This document shows, piece by piece, positions 31,151 to 39,474 of a stretch of 39,477 nt of DNA; position 1 is the first letter of the stretch, and every line of letters begins with the position of its first letter. The notes under the pieces were generated by a model. That model saw only the letters and a program-made list of their open reading frames with translations. It ran no database searches and was not told the origin of the DNA. A program made the translations under genes and the position numbers. This stretch comes from a virus: IMG/VR virus record IMGVR_UViG_3300045988_134561. One strand, given 5' to 3'.

Positions 31151-31534
31151 TTAAGAATTCCGTGTGGTGATCTGGTAGGTCGCGGTCGCCCTGGCCGCTG
31201 TGATGGTCGGATCAGGTGACTCGGCGGGCGCGTTCCCGGTCACTCGCGTCACCGGGTAGTCGCTGCCCGCCGTGAGGGCGTTTATTACGGCGTCAACACG
31301 AAGGGCCAGGCTCATTGCCTGGCCCGTAGTTGGCGCGAAGGAATCGATGGTGACCTGCCCGGTGGAGAGCACCCGCTGGTGCTGGCCCTGGCCGCCGGTA
31401 GCGATCACCAGGACCAGAGGATCCGGCGGGTCACCGTTCGCGTAGGGGACGCTGGACATGACCTGCACGTCAGGCAGGGCCGCCTTCAACGCGGCCATCA
31501 CCAGGGCCTTCGTGTCCCTCGACGTGCCAGCCAT
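31151..31534 (-). CDS. Tail terminator / tail completion protein
   Basis: 127-aa ORF; position-based call. Confidence 0.5.
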   Translation of the reverse strand: MAGTSRDTKALVMAALKAALPDVQVMSSVPYANGDPPDPLVLVIATGGQGQHQRVLSTGQVTIDSFAPTTGQAMSLALRVDAVINALTAGSDYPVTRVTGNAPAESPDPTITAARATATYQITTRNS

Positions 31535-31779
31535 CAGCCGCTCCCTCCGCCGTAGACGCGCTCCAGGACGTGCTTACGCGCCTGTTTCAGGCCCGCCTCA
31601 CGGGTGCCGGCACGCACGTAGGCGCGGGCACGCGAAGTCGTCGAGGAGTGCACCTTGAAGCCCTCCCCCGCCCGCTCAGCGAGCCCCTTCGCGGCCCCAG
31701 TGACGGCTTCCTGCGCCTCACGAGACTGGAGCATCTGGGCGACGCCTGGCCCGTTGAGCCGGAACTTGATCTTCCCCAT
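31534..31779 (-). CDS. Neck protein (HK97 gp10-like position)
   Basis: 81-aa ORF overlapping its neighbours by 1 nt. Confidence 0.45.
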   Translation of the reverse strand: MGKIKFRLNGPGVAQMLQSREAQEAVTGAAKGLAERAGEGFKVHSSTTSRARAYVRAGTREAGLKQARKHVLERVYGGGSG

Positions 31780-32120
31780 CAGGCGCCCCCCGTCTGTCTT
31801 GGGTCGGTGGCTGCGTGGAGCGTGACCACGGATCCTTTGGGCCAGCGCGCCGGGGCGCCCTCGACGCGGTACGTGGTGCCTGCGATGCGCAGTAGGTCCG
31901 AGGACCTGATGTCCGGGTGCTTGCCGCGCCAGTACAGGGTCGGCTGGCTGACGACCGGCAGAGAGCCGGCAGTGACCGGCTCGCTCGTGCCGCCAGGGTT
32001 GAACAGGGCGGGCGGCAGGGGCGTCTCCACAACCGGTCCGGGGACAGCCTCACCGTACTGGTCGCGCCCACCGTCGCCCGCCCTGAGCCTCATCACCTGG
32101 ACCAGGCCGGCGGCGATCAC
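31779..32120 (-). CDS. Head closure / head-tail joining protein
   Basis: 113-aa ORF; position-based call with ATGA overlap. Confidence 0.5.
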   Translation of the reverse strand: MIAAGLVQVMRLRAGDGGRDQYGEAVPGPVVETPLPPALFNPGGTSEPVTAGSLPVVSQPTLYWRGKHPDIRSSDLLRIAGTTYRVEGAPARWPKGSVVTLHAATDPRQTGGA

Positions 32121-32518
32121 GGGGCCACCGCCGGAGCCAGCAGGTCCACCTCGAACGCCGCGCTACGGCGGCCGCCTAGTTGCTTCAGTTCGGCCGCCCG
32201 GAGGAAGAGGTCCCCCTCGGGATTCGAGTAGGTGTACTGATCGCTGAACGGCCCCGTCGTGTGGAGCTCACCAGACACGAGCCCGCGTGGCTCCGGCAGT
32301 CCGTCAGCCGCCCCCTGCTCGGCCTGGAGTGCGCGCTTCACGACCGCGCAGGTGATGCGCTTCAGCGTCCCCGCAGTGGCGTGCTGCCACCTTGGGGCGG
32401 ACGCCTTGATGAGGTCCGTCGCATCCTCCAGGAGGACCGCGGCCCGCTTCCGCTCCTGCTCGCTCAGGCCACGCCAACGCGCCTCCAGGTCCTCCACCGT
32501 GGCGAAGACTTCAGCCAT
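32117..32518 (-). CDS. Head-tail connector (adaptor) protein
   Basis: Internal Met (MAEVFATVEDLEARWRGLSEQE...), typical of the gp6/gp15-like adaptor N-terminus. The rest of ORF 32117..32704 is a shadow extension. Confidence 0.55.
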   Translation of the reverse strand: MAEVFATVEDLEARWRGLSEQERKRAAVLLEDATDLIKASAPRWQHATAGTLKRITCAVVKRALQAEQGAADGLPEPRGLVSGELHTTGPFSDQYTYSNPEGDLFLRAAELKQLGGRRSAAFEVDLLAPAVAP

Positions 32519-32756
32519 TCTTGCCCCGCTTCGGGGACTCCTCCTCGGGCGGAGCGGCGTCCTCGGGGGCTTCGGGCTCCTCGGGGCTGGTCTCGGCGTG
32601 CTCGCCACCAATATCGGCGGCGTCGATACCCCACTCCTCCAGCAGCGGAGCAAGCGCCTGCATCGTGGCCTCATCCACCTCGGCCACCCCATCCACGAAC
32701 TCAACGCGCGGGGTAGTCACCAACAGCGACGGGTGCTTGTGGCAAGTGATCCTCAT
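32511..32756 (-). CDS. Hypothetical 81-aa acidic protein downstream of the capsid gene
   Basis: ORF with GAGAGAGGG upstream of the ATG. Confidence 0.45.
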   Translation of the reverse strand: MRITCHKHPSLLVTTPRVEFVDGVAEVDEATMQALAPLLEEWGIDAADIGGEHAETSPEEPEAPEDAAPPEEESPKRGKNG

Positions 32757-32781
32757 GATTCCCTCTCTCTCAGGGCCAGCA

Positions 32782-32810
32782 GGGGCGCCCCACGCAATGC
32801 GGGGCGCCCC
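32782..32810 (-). terminator. Stem-loop after the major capsid gene
   Basis: Two copies of the self-complementary 10-mer ggggcgcccc (32782-32791 and 32801-32810), separated by 9 nt. Confidence 0.45.
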
Positions 32811-32817
32811 AAGCCGG

Positions 32818-33795
32818 TCAGCCAGCAGCCACCGTCAGGCAGCCGTGAGCCTTCTCGTTGCCGTACTCCAGGCCGATCTCCCCGTAGAGCTGCACGTCAT
32901 CCGACGCGCCGGTCTTCGCCAGCGGCTCCGCGAAGAAGTGCCCCTTGTCTGGGATCTCCATGAAGACCGGAGACAGCTGCTCCAGGGACGCGACGATCAG
33001 CTTCGTCGCCGGCACGTACCGGTTGAGCATGATGTTCAGGGCCCCGAAGTCGGTCTCGATGGTCTTCAGGTTGACGCCGCCAACGTTGCGAGACGCCTCC
33101 TGATACTTCGCCTCCTTGATGAAGACGCGAGTCAGGGCACGCTTCAGCGTGGAGTTCACGATGAGGGTGCGGGTCTCGCCCTCCTGGAGGCCGCCGCTGT
33201 TCCAGACCTTCTCGATGAGGTCAACGACGTCAGCCTCAGTGAGTTCGCTGGCCTTGTGGGTGGTGGTCGCCACGTTCGTGGTGATCGCCTCGATGAGGCC
33301 GCGAGTCTTGCGGGGTGTCTGGTTGTCCGTCGGCTTGGCGTACTTCCCCGTGATGAAGGTCTTCTCGACGTCGCGGCCAATCTGCTTCAGCTGGGCGCTG
33401 ATCTGGAAAGCCAGTTCGTCGGCAGGAAGGACGGTGCCGCCGATGGTGACAGTGGTCGCCCCGGTCGCCGGGGTTACCTGCTTGGTTGCGCCCTGCCGGG
33501 TGTAGGAGACGGACACGGCCTCCTGGTGGATCTCGGTGACGTTGGAGGCTGCGAAGCGCTTGCGGGCCTCGAAACTGGGGGCCTTCGCGCCCTCGGTGCG
33601 CTGGCGGCCATCCTCGGCGTCGCGCAGGTCGTAGCCGGACCAGGACCACTCGGTCCCGCCGATTGACTTGCCGCCGGTCAGGCCACCAATGGAGGACAGC
33701 AGCGGCGTGTCCTCAGGGCTGGCGGCGAACAGTTCGCCGACGTAGTTGGGGCATGAGTAGGTGGTTGCCATTCCGGTGATTCCGGGCATGGTCAT
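32818..33795 (-). CDS. Major capsid protein (HK97-fold)
   Basis: 325-aa ORF after the scaffold gene. Sequence style typical of actinophage major capsid proteins. RBS spacing favours the ATG at 33789. Confidence 0.8.
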   Translation of the reverse strand: MTMPGITGMATTYSCPNYVGELFAASPEDTPLLSSIGGLTGGKSIGGTEWSWSGYDLRDAEDGRQRTEGAKAPSFEARKRFAASNVTEIHQEAVSVSYTRQGATKQVTPATGATTVTIGGTVLPADELAFQISAQLKQIGRDVEKTFITGKYAKPTDNQTPRKTRGLIEAITTNVATTTHKASELTEADVVDLIEKVWNSGGLQEGETRTLIVNSTLKRALTRVFIKEAKYQEASRNVGGVNLKTIETDFGALNIMLNRYVPATKLIVASLEQLSPVFMEIPDKGHFFAEPLAKTGASDDVQLYGEIGLEYGNEKAHGCLTVAAG

Positions 33796-33817
33796 TCCTT
33801 TCGTTCGTGATGGCTCA

Positions 33818-34375
33818 TCAGTGGGAGCCGAGCTTCAGGGCCTTCAGGGAGGCCGTGAGTGTCCGGTCCCCGGCCGCTTCGGCTGCGGCGATACGCTCAT
33901 CGAGGGAGGCCGCTCCCGCTCCGGGCGGGTTGCCGTGGTGGCGGACGACCGGCTGGGCGGGGGCCTCGGCGGGCTTGGCCTGCTCGGTGGCCCACGCCTT
34001 GACCTGCTCGGCCCAGGCGGCGGGGTCGTCTCCGGGGCCGGCGAGGATGTCGACGGGGACGCCCGTCTTGGCGGCGACCTCGGCGCGCTCCTTCTCGGCC
34101 CGCATCGCGGCAAGGTCGGCCTGGAGGGCGGCGAGCGCGTCGGCCTGCTTCTGGGCCTCGGTCTTGCCTGCGTCCTCAGCGGCCTTGATCTGCGCTGCGA
34201 GGTCGTTGGCGCGCTTCTCGGCCTCTCGGCGGGCGGCGCGCTCGGCGGCCAATGCCTTCTTCCCGGCATCCCCTAGGGCCTCGGCGGCGTCGCCCGTCGC
34301 GGGCGCCTCCCCCGTGGCCTCGGCGGGCTCGGTCGGCTCCACGGCCTCATTGGCGGCCTTGGTGGTCTTGTCCAT
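33818..34375 (-). CDS. Scaffolding protein
   Basis: Ala/Glu/Lys-rich helical 185-aa protein. Met preceded by GAGGGAGAACCC. Lies between the MuF-like and capsid genes. Confidence 0.7.
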   Translation of the reverse strand: MDKTTKAANEAVEPTEPAEATGEAPATGDAAEALGDAGKKALAAERAARREAEKRANDLAAQIKAAEDAGKTEAQKQADALAALQADLAAMRAEKERAEVAAKTGVPVDILAGPGDDPAAWAEQVKAWATEQAKPAEAPAQPVVRHHGNPPGAGAASLDERIAAAEAAGDRTLTASLKALKLGSH

Positions 34376-34457
34376 TGGGTTCTCCCTCGGTGATTGGTGC
34401 CATCGCGGCACGACAAAGCCCCCACCGTCGCGGCAGGGGCTCGTAGGTATGGTTGGG

Positions 34458-35219
34458 TCACTCGGCGGGCTTGATCCCGTCAGTGAAAGACTCAGGGGCG
34501 ATACGGCGCATCTCGGCGGCTATCGCCTTGTCATCGACGGTGGCACCGGACGCCTTCACGGCCGCCCTGGCCTTGTCGTAGGTGGCGCGCAGGCCCTTCG
34601 GGTCGTAGCCGTCGATCGACGGCTTCTGCCCCTTCCACAGCGGCGTCGGGACACAGTGGCAGTCATGGTGGTAGGAATGCCCCTCACCGCCAGCCGTCGC
34701 CTTCGTCGCGTAGACAAAACCGCGGCTGGCAAGCATCGAGCACCAGGCGCAACAGCCGCCGGGGCCGGGTATGCGCGCCCACCTCGGGCGGGCCGGGTCA
34801 GCGGCCGCACTCATCTCCACAGTCCGCTTCCCCTGCGCGACGATCGAACGCGCCAAGTGGTTCCGCAGCTTGTCGAGCGTGTCCTCAGGGTCCCCGTCAA
34901 ACAAGCCCTTGGCGGCCCACCTCATGGTCCGCTCCACCTGCTCGGGCGACAGGCCATCGGCCAGGACGGCGGTGAACCCGTCGCCGGCGGCGGACACGTC
35001 ACGCAGCGCGTCATACCAGTCAGCGGCAGACGCGGCCGAGATGTCCCCGTACCGGGTCAGCAGCCGGTCCATTACCTCACCGAGCGCGTCGCGCGCCACG
35101 GCAGGGTCAAGGGCTGCCAGGTCCAGGCGTGCGGCGAAGGCGTCGAAGTCCTTCACCGCCATGTCGGCCGCCCGGTCCAGCGCTTTGTCCAGCCGCTCCA
35201 GGTCAGCCCGCGTCGCCAC
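34458..35219 (-). CDS. Head morphogenesis / MuF-like minor capsid protein
   Basis: 253-aa ORF directly after the portal gene. Cys/His cluster CCAWCSML...HSYHHDCHC. Confidence 0.6.
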   Translation of the reverse strand: MATRADLERLDKALDRAADMAVKDFDAFAARLDLAALDPAVARDALGEVMDRLLTRYGDISAASAADWYDALRDVSAAGDGFTAVLADGLSPEQVERTMRWAAKGLFDGDPEDTLDKLRNHLARSIVAQGKRTVEMSAAADPARPRWARIPGPGGCCAWCSMLASRGFVYATKATAGGEGHSYHHDCHCVPTPLWKGQKPSIDGYDPKGLRATYDKARAAVKASGATVDDKAIAAEMRRIAPESFTDGIKPAE

Positions 35220-36690
35220 CGCTGGTCACCTCGACCGGGGCCTCAGCGGGCTCCTTCGGCGCTTGCTCGGCCGGGGTGGGCGTGGACGCCAGCAGACGAT
35301 CCAGCACCCCACCAGCCTGCGCCCGCCTGATCTGCGACCGAATCCTGACGATCTGCTCAGCCGAGTAGCCCAACTCTTCCAAGGCCACGTCAGTCTGAGC
35401 AAGCTCCGGGATCGCCGAAATCTGCTTGACCACGGCGTCGGACTGGCTGACAACGGACGGCATGGCAGGGTTCCGCCACCTCGTGGCGAGGTTCCGCACC
35501 TCATCGTCCATCTCCGACACGGGGATCCCGTCACGGAGGCAGATCGCGTCCTGGACGATCCGGTTCAGGCCGTAGCCGATCGACCGCGTGGTGTTCTGCG
35601 CCTCGATCACCAGGTCTTCCTTGGCGGCGTAGATCGCCTCGGCGCTACTCGGGTTGTCCTGGACGATGCCGAGCGCGGAAATCGGCAGCGACGTCGCCGA
35701 AGCGAACTCAGCCGCCAGGGCGCGCTTCATCGCCAGGAACGGCTCCATGGACTGCTGCGGGATCACCTGCAGGTCGGGCTTGTCCCCGTCCTCATCCTTC
35801 GGCAGGGACTTCAGGCGCCCCATGTACCAGGACCAGAGCGGAACCTTGTCGCCCTGGGCGTTCTGGAACATGGTCTCATCCGCGCCCAGCAGCAGCAGCG
35901 CCGGGGCCGCGTACAGGTCGCTACTGACCTCGGTGCGGAAGCCGGCGCGGACCACCCTGTCGGTGATGGACATGACCTCACGGCTGATACGCGACCGCCC
36001 AAACGGGCGGCCGAGCGCCGGCCGGTACGGAAGCGGCTCCATCGGGACCCGCCCCAGGGAGTGATCCATCCTAGCGACAGCCACCCACCCCCGGTCACCC
36101 AGGGCCAGGCGAGTCACATGCTCGGCCGTCAACAGCAGCACCGACGTCGGCTTCCCGTTATCGTCGGCGGAGTCCACCAGCAGGCCAGCCTCAAGGCCAC
36201 GACGGCGCACGTCCCACAGGCCCGTCGCCCAAAGAGCGTCAGCGCCCGTCACAACCACGTCAGGATCCCCCGCGGCCGGGTCACCCGGCAGGGCCACCAC
36301 GAACGAGCAGCAGTAGGTCAAGGTGGCGTCCACAAGCTCGGGCACCAGCAGGTCAAAGCGGTTCTCATGCAGCAGCGACATGGCCCCCAGGGGATCCTCC
36401 TCGCCCGACGGCGACGTAACCCCATCCCACATGCAGCGCGACGCCAGCGACGTGACCGCCTTATCCGGCCAGCCACACACGATATCCAACTGGTCCCGCA
36501 TGTAGGGAGGCACCGAGGCGCCCAGAAACGCCACGTTCACCTGCATGTCCCGGTACTGGCGACGGAGAGCATTCCGTGCCCGCTTGGCCTGCCACTGCTT
36601 GATGAGGCGCCCCATGACGGCGGCGTCATCCTCGGCGAGCCCGCGGACGTCGGTAGGGACAGGGGCGTAGTAGGCCCGGAAGTCCATCAC
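35203..36690 (-). CDS. Portal protein (SPP1 gp6-like)
   Basis: 495-aa ORF ATGA-coupled to terL. Size and position are canonical. Confidence 0.85.
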   Translation of the reverse strand: MMDFRAYYAPVPTDVRGLAEDDAAVMGRLIKQWQAKRARNALRRQYRDMQVNVAFLGASVPPYMRDQLDIVCGWPDKAVTSLASRCMWDGVTSPSGEEDPLGAMSLLHENRFDLLVPELVDATLTYCCSFVVALPGDPAAGDPDVVVTGADALWATGLWDVRRRGLEAGLLVDSADDNGKPTSVLLLTAEHVTRLALGDRGWVAVARMDHSLGRVPMEPLPYRPALGRPFGRSRISREVMSITDRVVRAGFRTEVSSDLYAAPALLLLGADETMFQNAQGDKVPLWSWYMGRLKSLPKDEDGDKPDLQVIPQQSMEPFLAMKRALAAEFASATSLPISALGIVQDNPSSAEAIYAAKEDLVIEAQNTTRSIGYGLNRIVQDAICLRDGIPVSEMDDEVRNLATRWRNPAMPSVVSQSDAVVKQISAIPELAQTDVALEELGYSAEQIVRIRSQIRRAQAGGVLDRLLASTPTPAEQAPKEPAEAPVEVTSGGDAG

Positions 36691-38162
36691 ATCACCACCC
36701 CTACGCGGCTGCCAGCCAGTTCGCGCGGCCGTCTCTTCGTTGTCTTCGTGGCCCAGTGGGCCAGTGTCAGTGCGTCCATGCCCGCAGAGGTCATCCCCTC
36801 CGGGGCGGTCCAGCCGAAACCGCCGCCCGCGCCGATCTTCCGGCGGCTAATGACGGCGGCCTCAGCCTCTAGCTCGGCGTCGTCCGGGTGCGACAGGGAC
36901 CGGTCTCGGATCGCGGCGTCCATCATGGCGTGAGCGGCGATGACCTGATCCGTCGTCGGCGTCCAAATCACCTTCGGACTGAACCCCGCGGCACGGAGCC
37001 GATCAACCAGGTCGCCGGCACCGGACTTGCCGTCCACGACGATCTGCGCCCACCGATCCCGGTGCTCCAGCAGGTAGTCAATGATCCAGTGCACGCCCTC
37101 ACCCATGTTCCGCACCCCCTGCGAGGTGCACAACTGGGCGTAGACCGCCTCACTCTTGCGCTCGGGCTTCCGGCCAGCGCGAGCCAGCGCTACCGTGGAG
37201 CCGTCCACCGAGAAGCGGACGGCGGCGCACCAGCGCAGCCCAGACGGCGGCTCATCCACCGTCAGCGCGTTCCACGCCTCACGGCCAATCGCCTGGCTGG
37301 CGACCTCCGGGTCCCAGATACCCAGACCCTCACGCCGGAAACTCTCAGGACCAAGCTGGCGCTTCATCCGCAGGATCGCCGACTCCGGCGTCCGATGCGG
37401 GTAGGAGGGGTTTCCTTTCTTCCACTGGCGGCGGTCTTCCGGGTCGGCGTCGTCATCTGCGCCTACCTCGGCATACAGGCCATCGCGCAGGTCGCCGGCG
37501 AGGGCCTGCTTCCTGAACGTCGTGAAAGCCTCAGACGGGTCCGTTGGTCGCGGCGGCGTGCCCAGCCGCAGGATGAGCGGGTTCGGGGCCGTGTTGACCG
37601 CGGGCACCATGTCATCCAGCGCCCGCTGACCGAGGATCTGCGCCTCGTCAAAGACGATGATGTCGACGCCAGCGAAGCCACGACCGAAGCCACCCTCTCT
37701 AGCGCCAAACAGGATCCGGGAGCCGTTCGTGAACTTGATCGACTGCTGACCGTTCGCCTGCCTTGGTCGGCCGTCGATGTACGGGGCGATCTCCGGTTTC
37801 AGGGCGAGCCCCTGCATCGACGCGAACGTCTCATCGGCGGTACGCGTCCTGTGCGCCGTCCAGAGGACGAACAGGCCCTCGTTCAGGGTGCACAGAGCGA
37901 ACACAATCGCCCCGAAGGTGTAGGTCTTCCCGACCTGCCTAGGCATCGATACCTGCACGCCGTCGATCCCCGCCGCGTAGAGCCCACTCTTCCGCTTCGC
38001 CAGGATCGCGCGCCCCAGCCCATCCTGCCAACGGTCAAAGCTGAGCCCGAAGCGCTTGGCGCGATCGCGGACGGCCGGCCAGCCCGTGGACGTGATGCCC
38101 TCAGGCAGGATGAGGTGCTTCGCGATGTCGGACAGGCGGGGCTCAGATGTCGCCGAGCCCAT
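36687..38162 (-). CDS. terL: Terminase large subunit
   Basis: Walker A-like PRQVGKT and Walker B IIVFDEAQ, plus a C-terminal nuclease region. Met chosen inside ORF 36687..38279, overlapping terS by 20 nt. Confidence 0.9.
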   Translation of the reverse strand: MGSATSEPRLSDIAKHLILPEGITSTGWPAVRDRAKRFGLSFDRWQDGLGRAILAKRKSGLYAAGIDGVQVSMPRQVGKTYTFGAIVFALCTLNEGLFVLWTAHRTRTADETFASMQGLALKPEIAPYIDGRPRQANGQQSIKFTNGSRILFGAREGGFGRGFAGVDIIVFDEAQILGQRALDDMVPAVNTAPNPLILRLGTPPRPTDPSEAFTTFRKQALAGDLRDGLYAEVGADDDADPEDRRQWKKGNPSYPHRTPESAILRMKRQLGPESFRREGLGIWDPEVASQAIGREAWNALTVDEPPSGLRWCAAVRFSVDGSTVALARAGRKPERKSEAVYAQLCTSQGVRNMGEGVHWIIDYLLEHRDRWAQIVVDGKSGAGDLVDRLRAAGFSPKVIWTPTTDQVIAAHAMMDAAIRDRSLSHPDDAELEAEAAVISRRKIGAGGGFGWTAPEGMTSAGMDALTLAHWATKTTKRRPRELAGSRVGVVM

Positions 38163-38442
38163 CCTCATCCTCCGTCGCCTCAGTCGCCGTCTGCCGCTCA
38201 CGCTCCTCGCGAGCCAGGTCGATCTCCCGGATCGACTTGTCCACCTCGATGAGACGGCGCGACAGAGCAGCCAGGTCACGCGGGGGCGTATCAGGGGCGC
38301 TCACCGCGGCCGCGAGACGACGACGGAGCGCCACCATCACGTCCCGATTGTCCCCATGCTCCGTCGCGTCCAGGACGCTCATAGGGGCCGCGGGGGCCGT
38401 CTCGCCAGCCTTCACGGCGCGAAGTTTCCTCGCGGCACCCAT
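38143..38442 (-). CDS. terS: Terminase small subunit
   Basis: Roughly 100-aa helical, acidic-tailed ORF directly upstream of terL. ATG at 38442 lies 5 nt after AAGGGGG (GTG at 38448 also possible). Confidence 0.6.
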   Translation of the reverse strand: MGAARKLRAVKAGETAPAAPMSVLDATEHGDNRDVMVALRRRLAAAVSAPDTPPRDLAALSRRLIEVDKSIREIDLAREERERQTATEATEDEDGLGDI

Positions 38443-38554
38443 AAGCACCCCCTTGGGAAAAAACAGTGGGGAGAGATGCCGCTATACCCACGGGGGTGCG
38501 AGAGCGGGGGACGGGAGGGTATTCCCCCCTGTCCCGGCGTTTCTGGCGGCTACT

Positions 38555-38926
38555 CTACCAGGTTTCTGTGTCGGTTGTCTGTTGAATTCGGGCCACTGTG
38601 TGACGTTTGCGTTTCGGTGGCCGTGGTTTTCTGCCGTTTCCTTTGCGTTGGTTGCATTTTCGGCAGATGATTTGAATGTTCTCTAATGAGTCGTTTCCGC
38701 CTCGACTGTGAGGCACGATGTGGTCGGCCTCAGGGCTACTAGGCAGTAGGCCAGCGTCCCAGGTGAGGCGGACGTGGCAGAGTGGACAGTGCTCTAGTCC
38801 TGCGGCGCGAGCGCTGTGCTTAGCTGTGGCGGAGTTCCTGAGCCAGCGTGTGGTGCCGGTGCGTGAGGTGGCCGTCGGTCCTCCTCGCGCGTGTGCGCAC
38901 GCGGGCCGCGTCGTGCTGCTGTGCAC
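38555..38926 (-). CDS. HNH endonuclease (terminase-associated type)
   Basis: CPLCH...ADHIVPHSRGGNDSLENIQIICRKCNQRKGN HNH motif. Visibly lower GC in its 3' half. Precedes terS. Confidence 0.85.
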   Translation of the reverse strand: MHSSTTRPACAHARGGPTATSRTGTTRWLRNSATAKHSARAAGLEHCPLCHVRLTWDAGLLPSSPEADHIVPHSRGGNDSLENIQIICRKCNQRKGNGRKPRPPKRKRHTVARIQQTTDTETW

Positions 38927-39100
38927 GTGCGGCCCGCGTCGCTTCTCCCCATTCCCTTCTCCCCAGAAGGGTAGGCAGTAGTGGAGCCCAGCGACCGTGC
39001 GGGTCGGCTGGGCTCTGACACTTTGCCTATGTTCGTATGATGCGCGTTTCAGTGTGGGTGTGCAAGTGGTGGCACGTCTGGGCGTGTTGCGGTTTGGTCA

Positions 39101-39268
39101 CGGGGTGGGGGCTGTCTGTTGTGGGGTGCCCCCATTGTCGATCCCCCCTCCCCCTGTGTTGATACCCCTGCCCCCTTGTTTGATGGGGGTGCCCCTGTTT
39201 TGTGAGGGGGTGGGGTGTTTGTTGCAGGCCCCCTTTTTGTGTGGCCTACCCCACTGTTTGTGTACGCC
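39101..39268. repeat. Eight phased 21-bp degenerate tandem repeats (G/C run followed by TGTTTG-like T/G tract)
   Basis: Units start at 39101, 39122, 39143, 39164, 39185, 39206, 39227 and 39248. GAT/TGA ends recur exactly every 21 nt in units 2-5. Confidence 0.75.
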
Positions 39269-39276
39269 CCTCAGGC

Positions 39277-39306
39277 TTGCATTCATTCAGTATGCTGACA
39301 TACACT
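39277..39306 (+). promoter_or_regulatory. Promoter-like element for the rightward cassette
   Basis: TTGCAT (39277-39282), 18-nt spacer, TACACT (39301-39306), in a locally AT-rich stretch about 50 nt upstream of the GTG at 39358. Confidence 0.45.
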
Positions 39307-39357
39307 TAAGCCATCGGGAACGAACCCGATACCCCAACTACATAGAGAGGAGGAACC

Positions 39358-39474
39358 GTGAACCAGGTTCTCACCATCATCGGCACGGTAGCGTCGGTGC
39401 TGGGCCTACTGGTCTCGCTGATCGCACTGCGGCTCACCTGGCCGCCGGACGGTAACGGCAAGCACCGGAAGTGA
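39358..39474 (+). CDS. 38-aa single-pass membrane peptide (VNQVLTIIGTVASVLGLLVSLIALRLTWPPDGNGKHRK); first gene of the rightward cassette
   Basis: GTG start 4 nt after the strong SD GAGAGGAGGA (39345-39354). Hydrophobic core with a basic tail. Below the 60-aa cutoff of the ORF track. Promoter-like TTGCAT-18-TACACT lies upstream. Confidence 0.6.
   Translation: MNQVLTIIGTVASVLGLLVSLIALRLTWPPDGNGKHRK

Noticed and set aside
34771-36933. 720-aa plus-strand ORF. Similar long plus-strand ORFs occur at 19043..20782, 22878..24041, 24080..25117, 26076..27185 and 36888..38252
   Set aside because: All are antisense to strongly supported structural or lysis genes. They have Arg/Gly/Pro/His-dominated composition, no SD sequences and no recognisable motifs. 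Stop codons are simply rare on the antisense strand of GC3-rich genes.
39101-39268. Possible CRISPR array
   Set aside because: The units are contiguous 21-mers with no interspersed unique spacers. The repeats are degenerate rather than near-identical, and no cas genes are present.
38997-39455. 152-aa plus-strand ORF running through the 21-bp repeats (would encode 7-aa repeats GVPPLSI/PPPPVLI/PLPPCLM...)
   Set aside because: No SD. Codon third positions are unusually T/A-rich for this genome (ttg, tgt, cct, ata). It overlaps the SD-supported gene at 39358 in another frame and crosses the AT-rich promoter-like stretch. The open frame is most simply a by-product of a 21-nt (3n) DNA repeat lacking stop triplets. 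A coding role cannot be fully excluded without proteomics.
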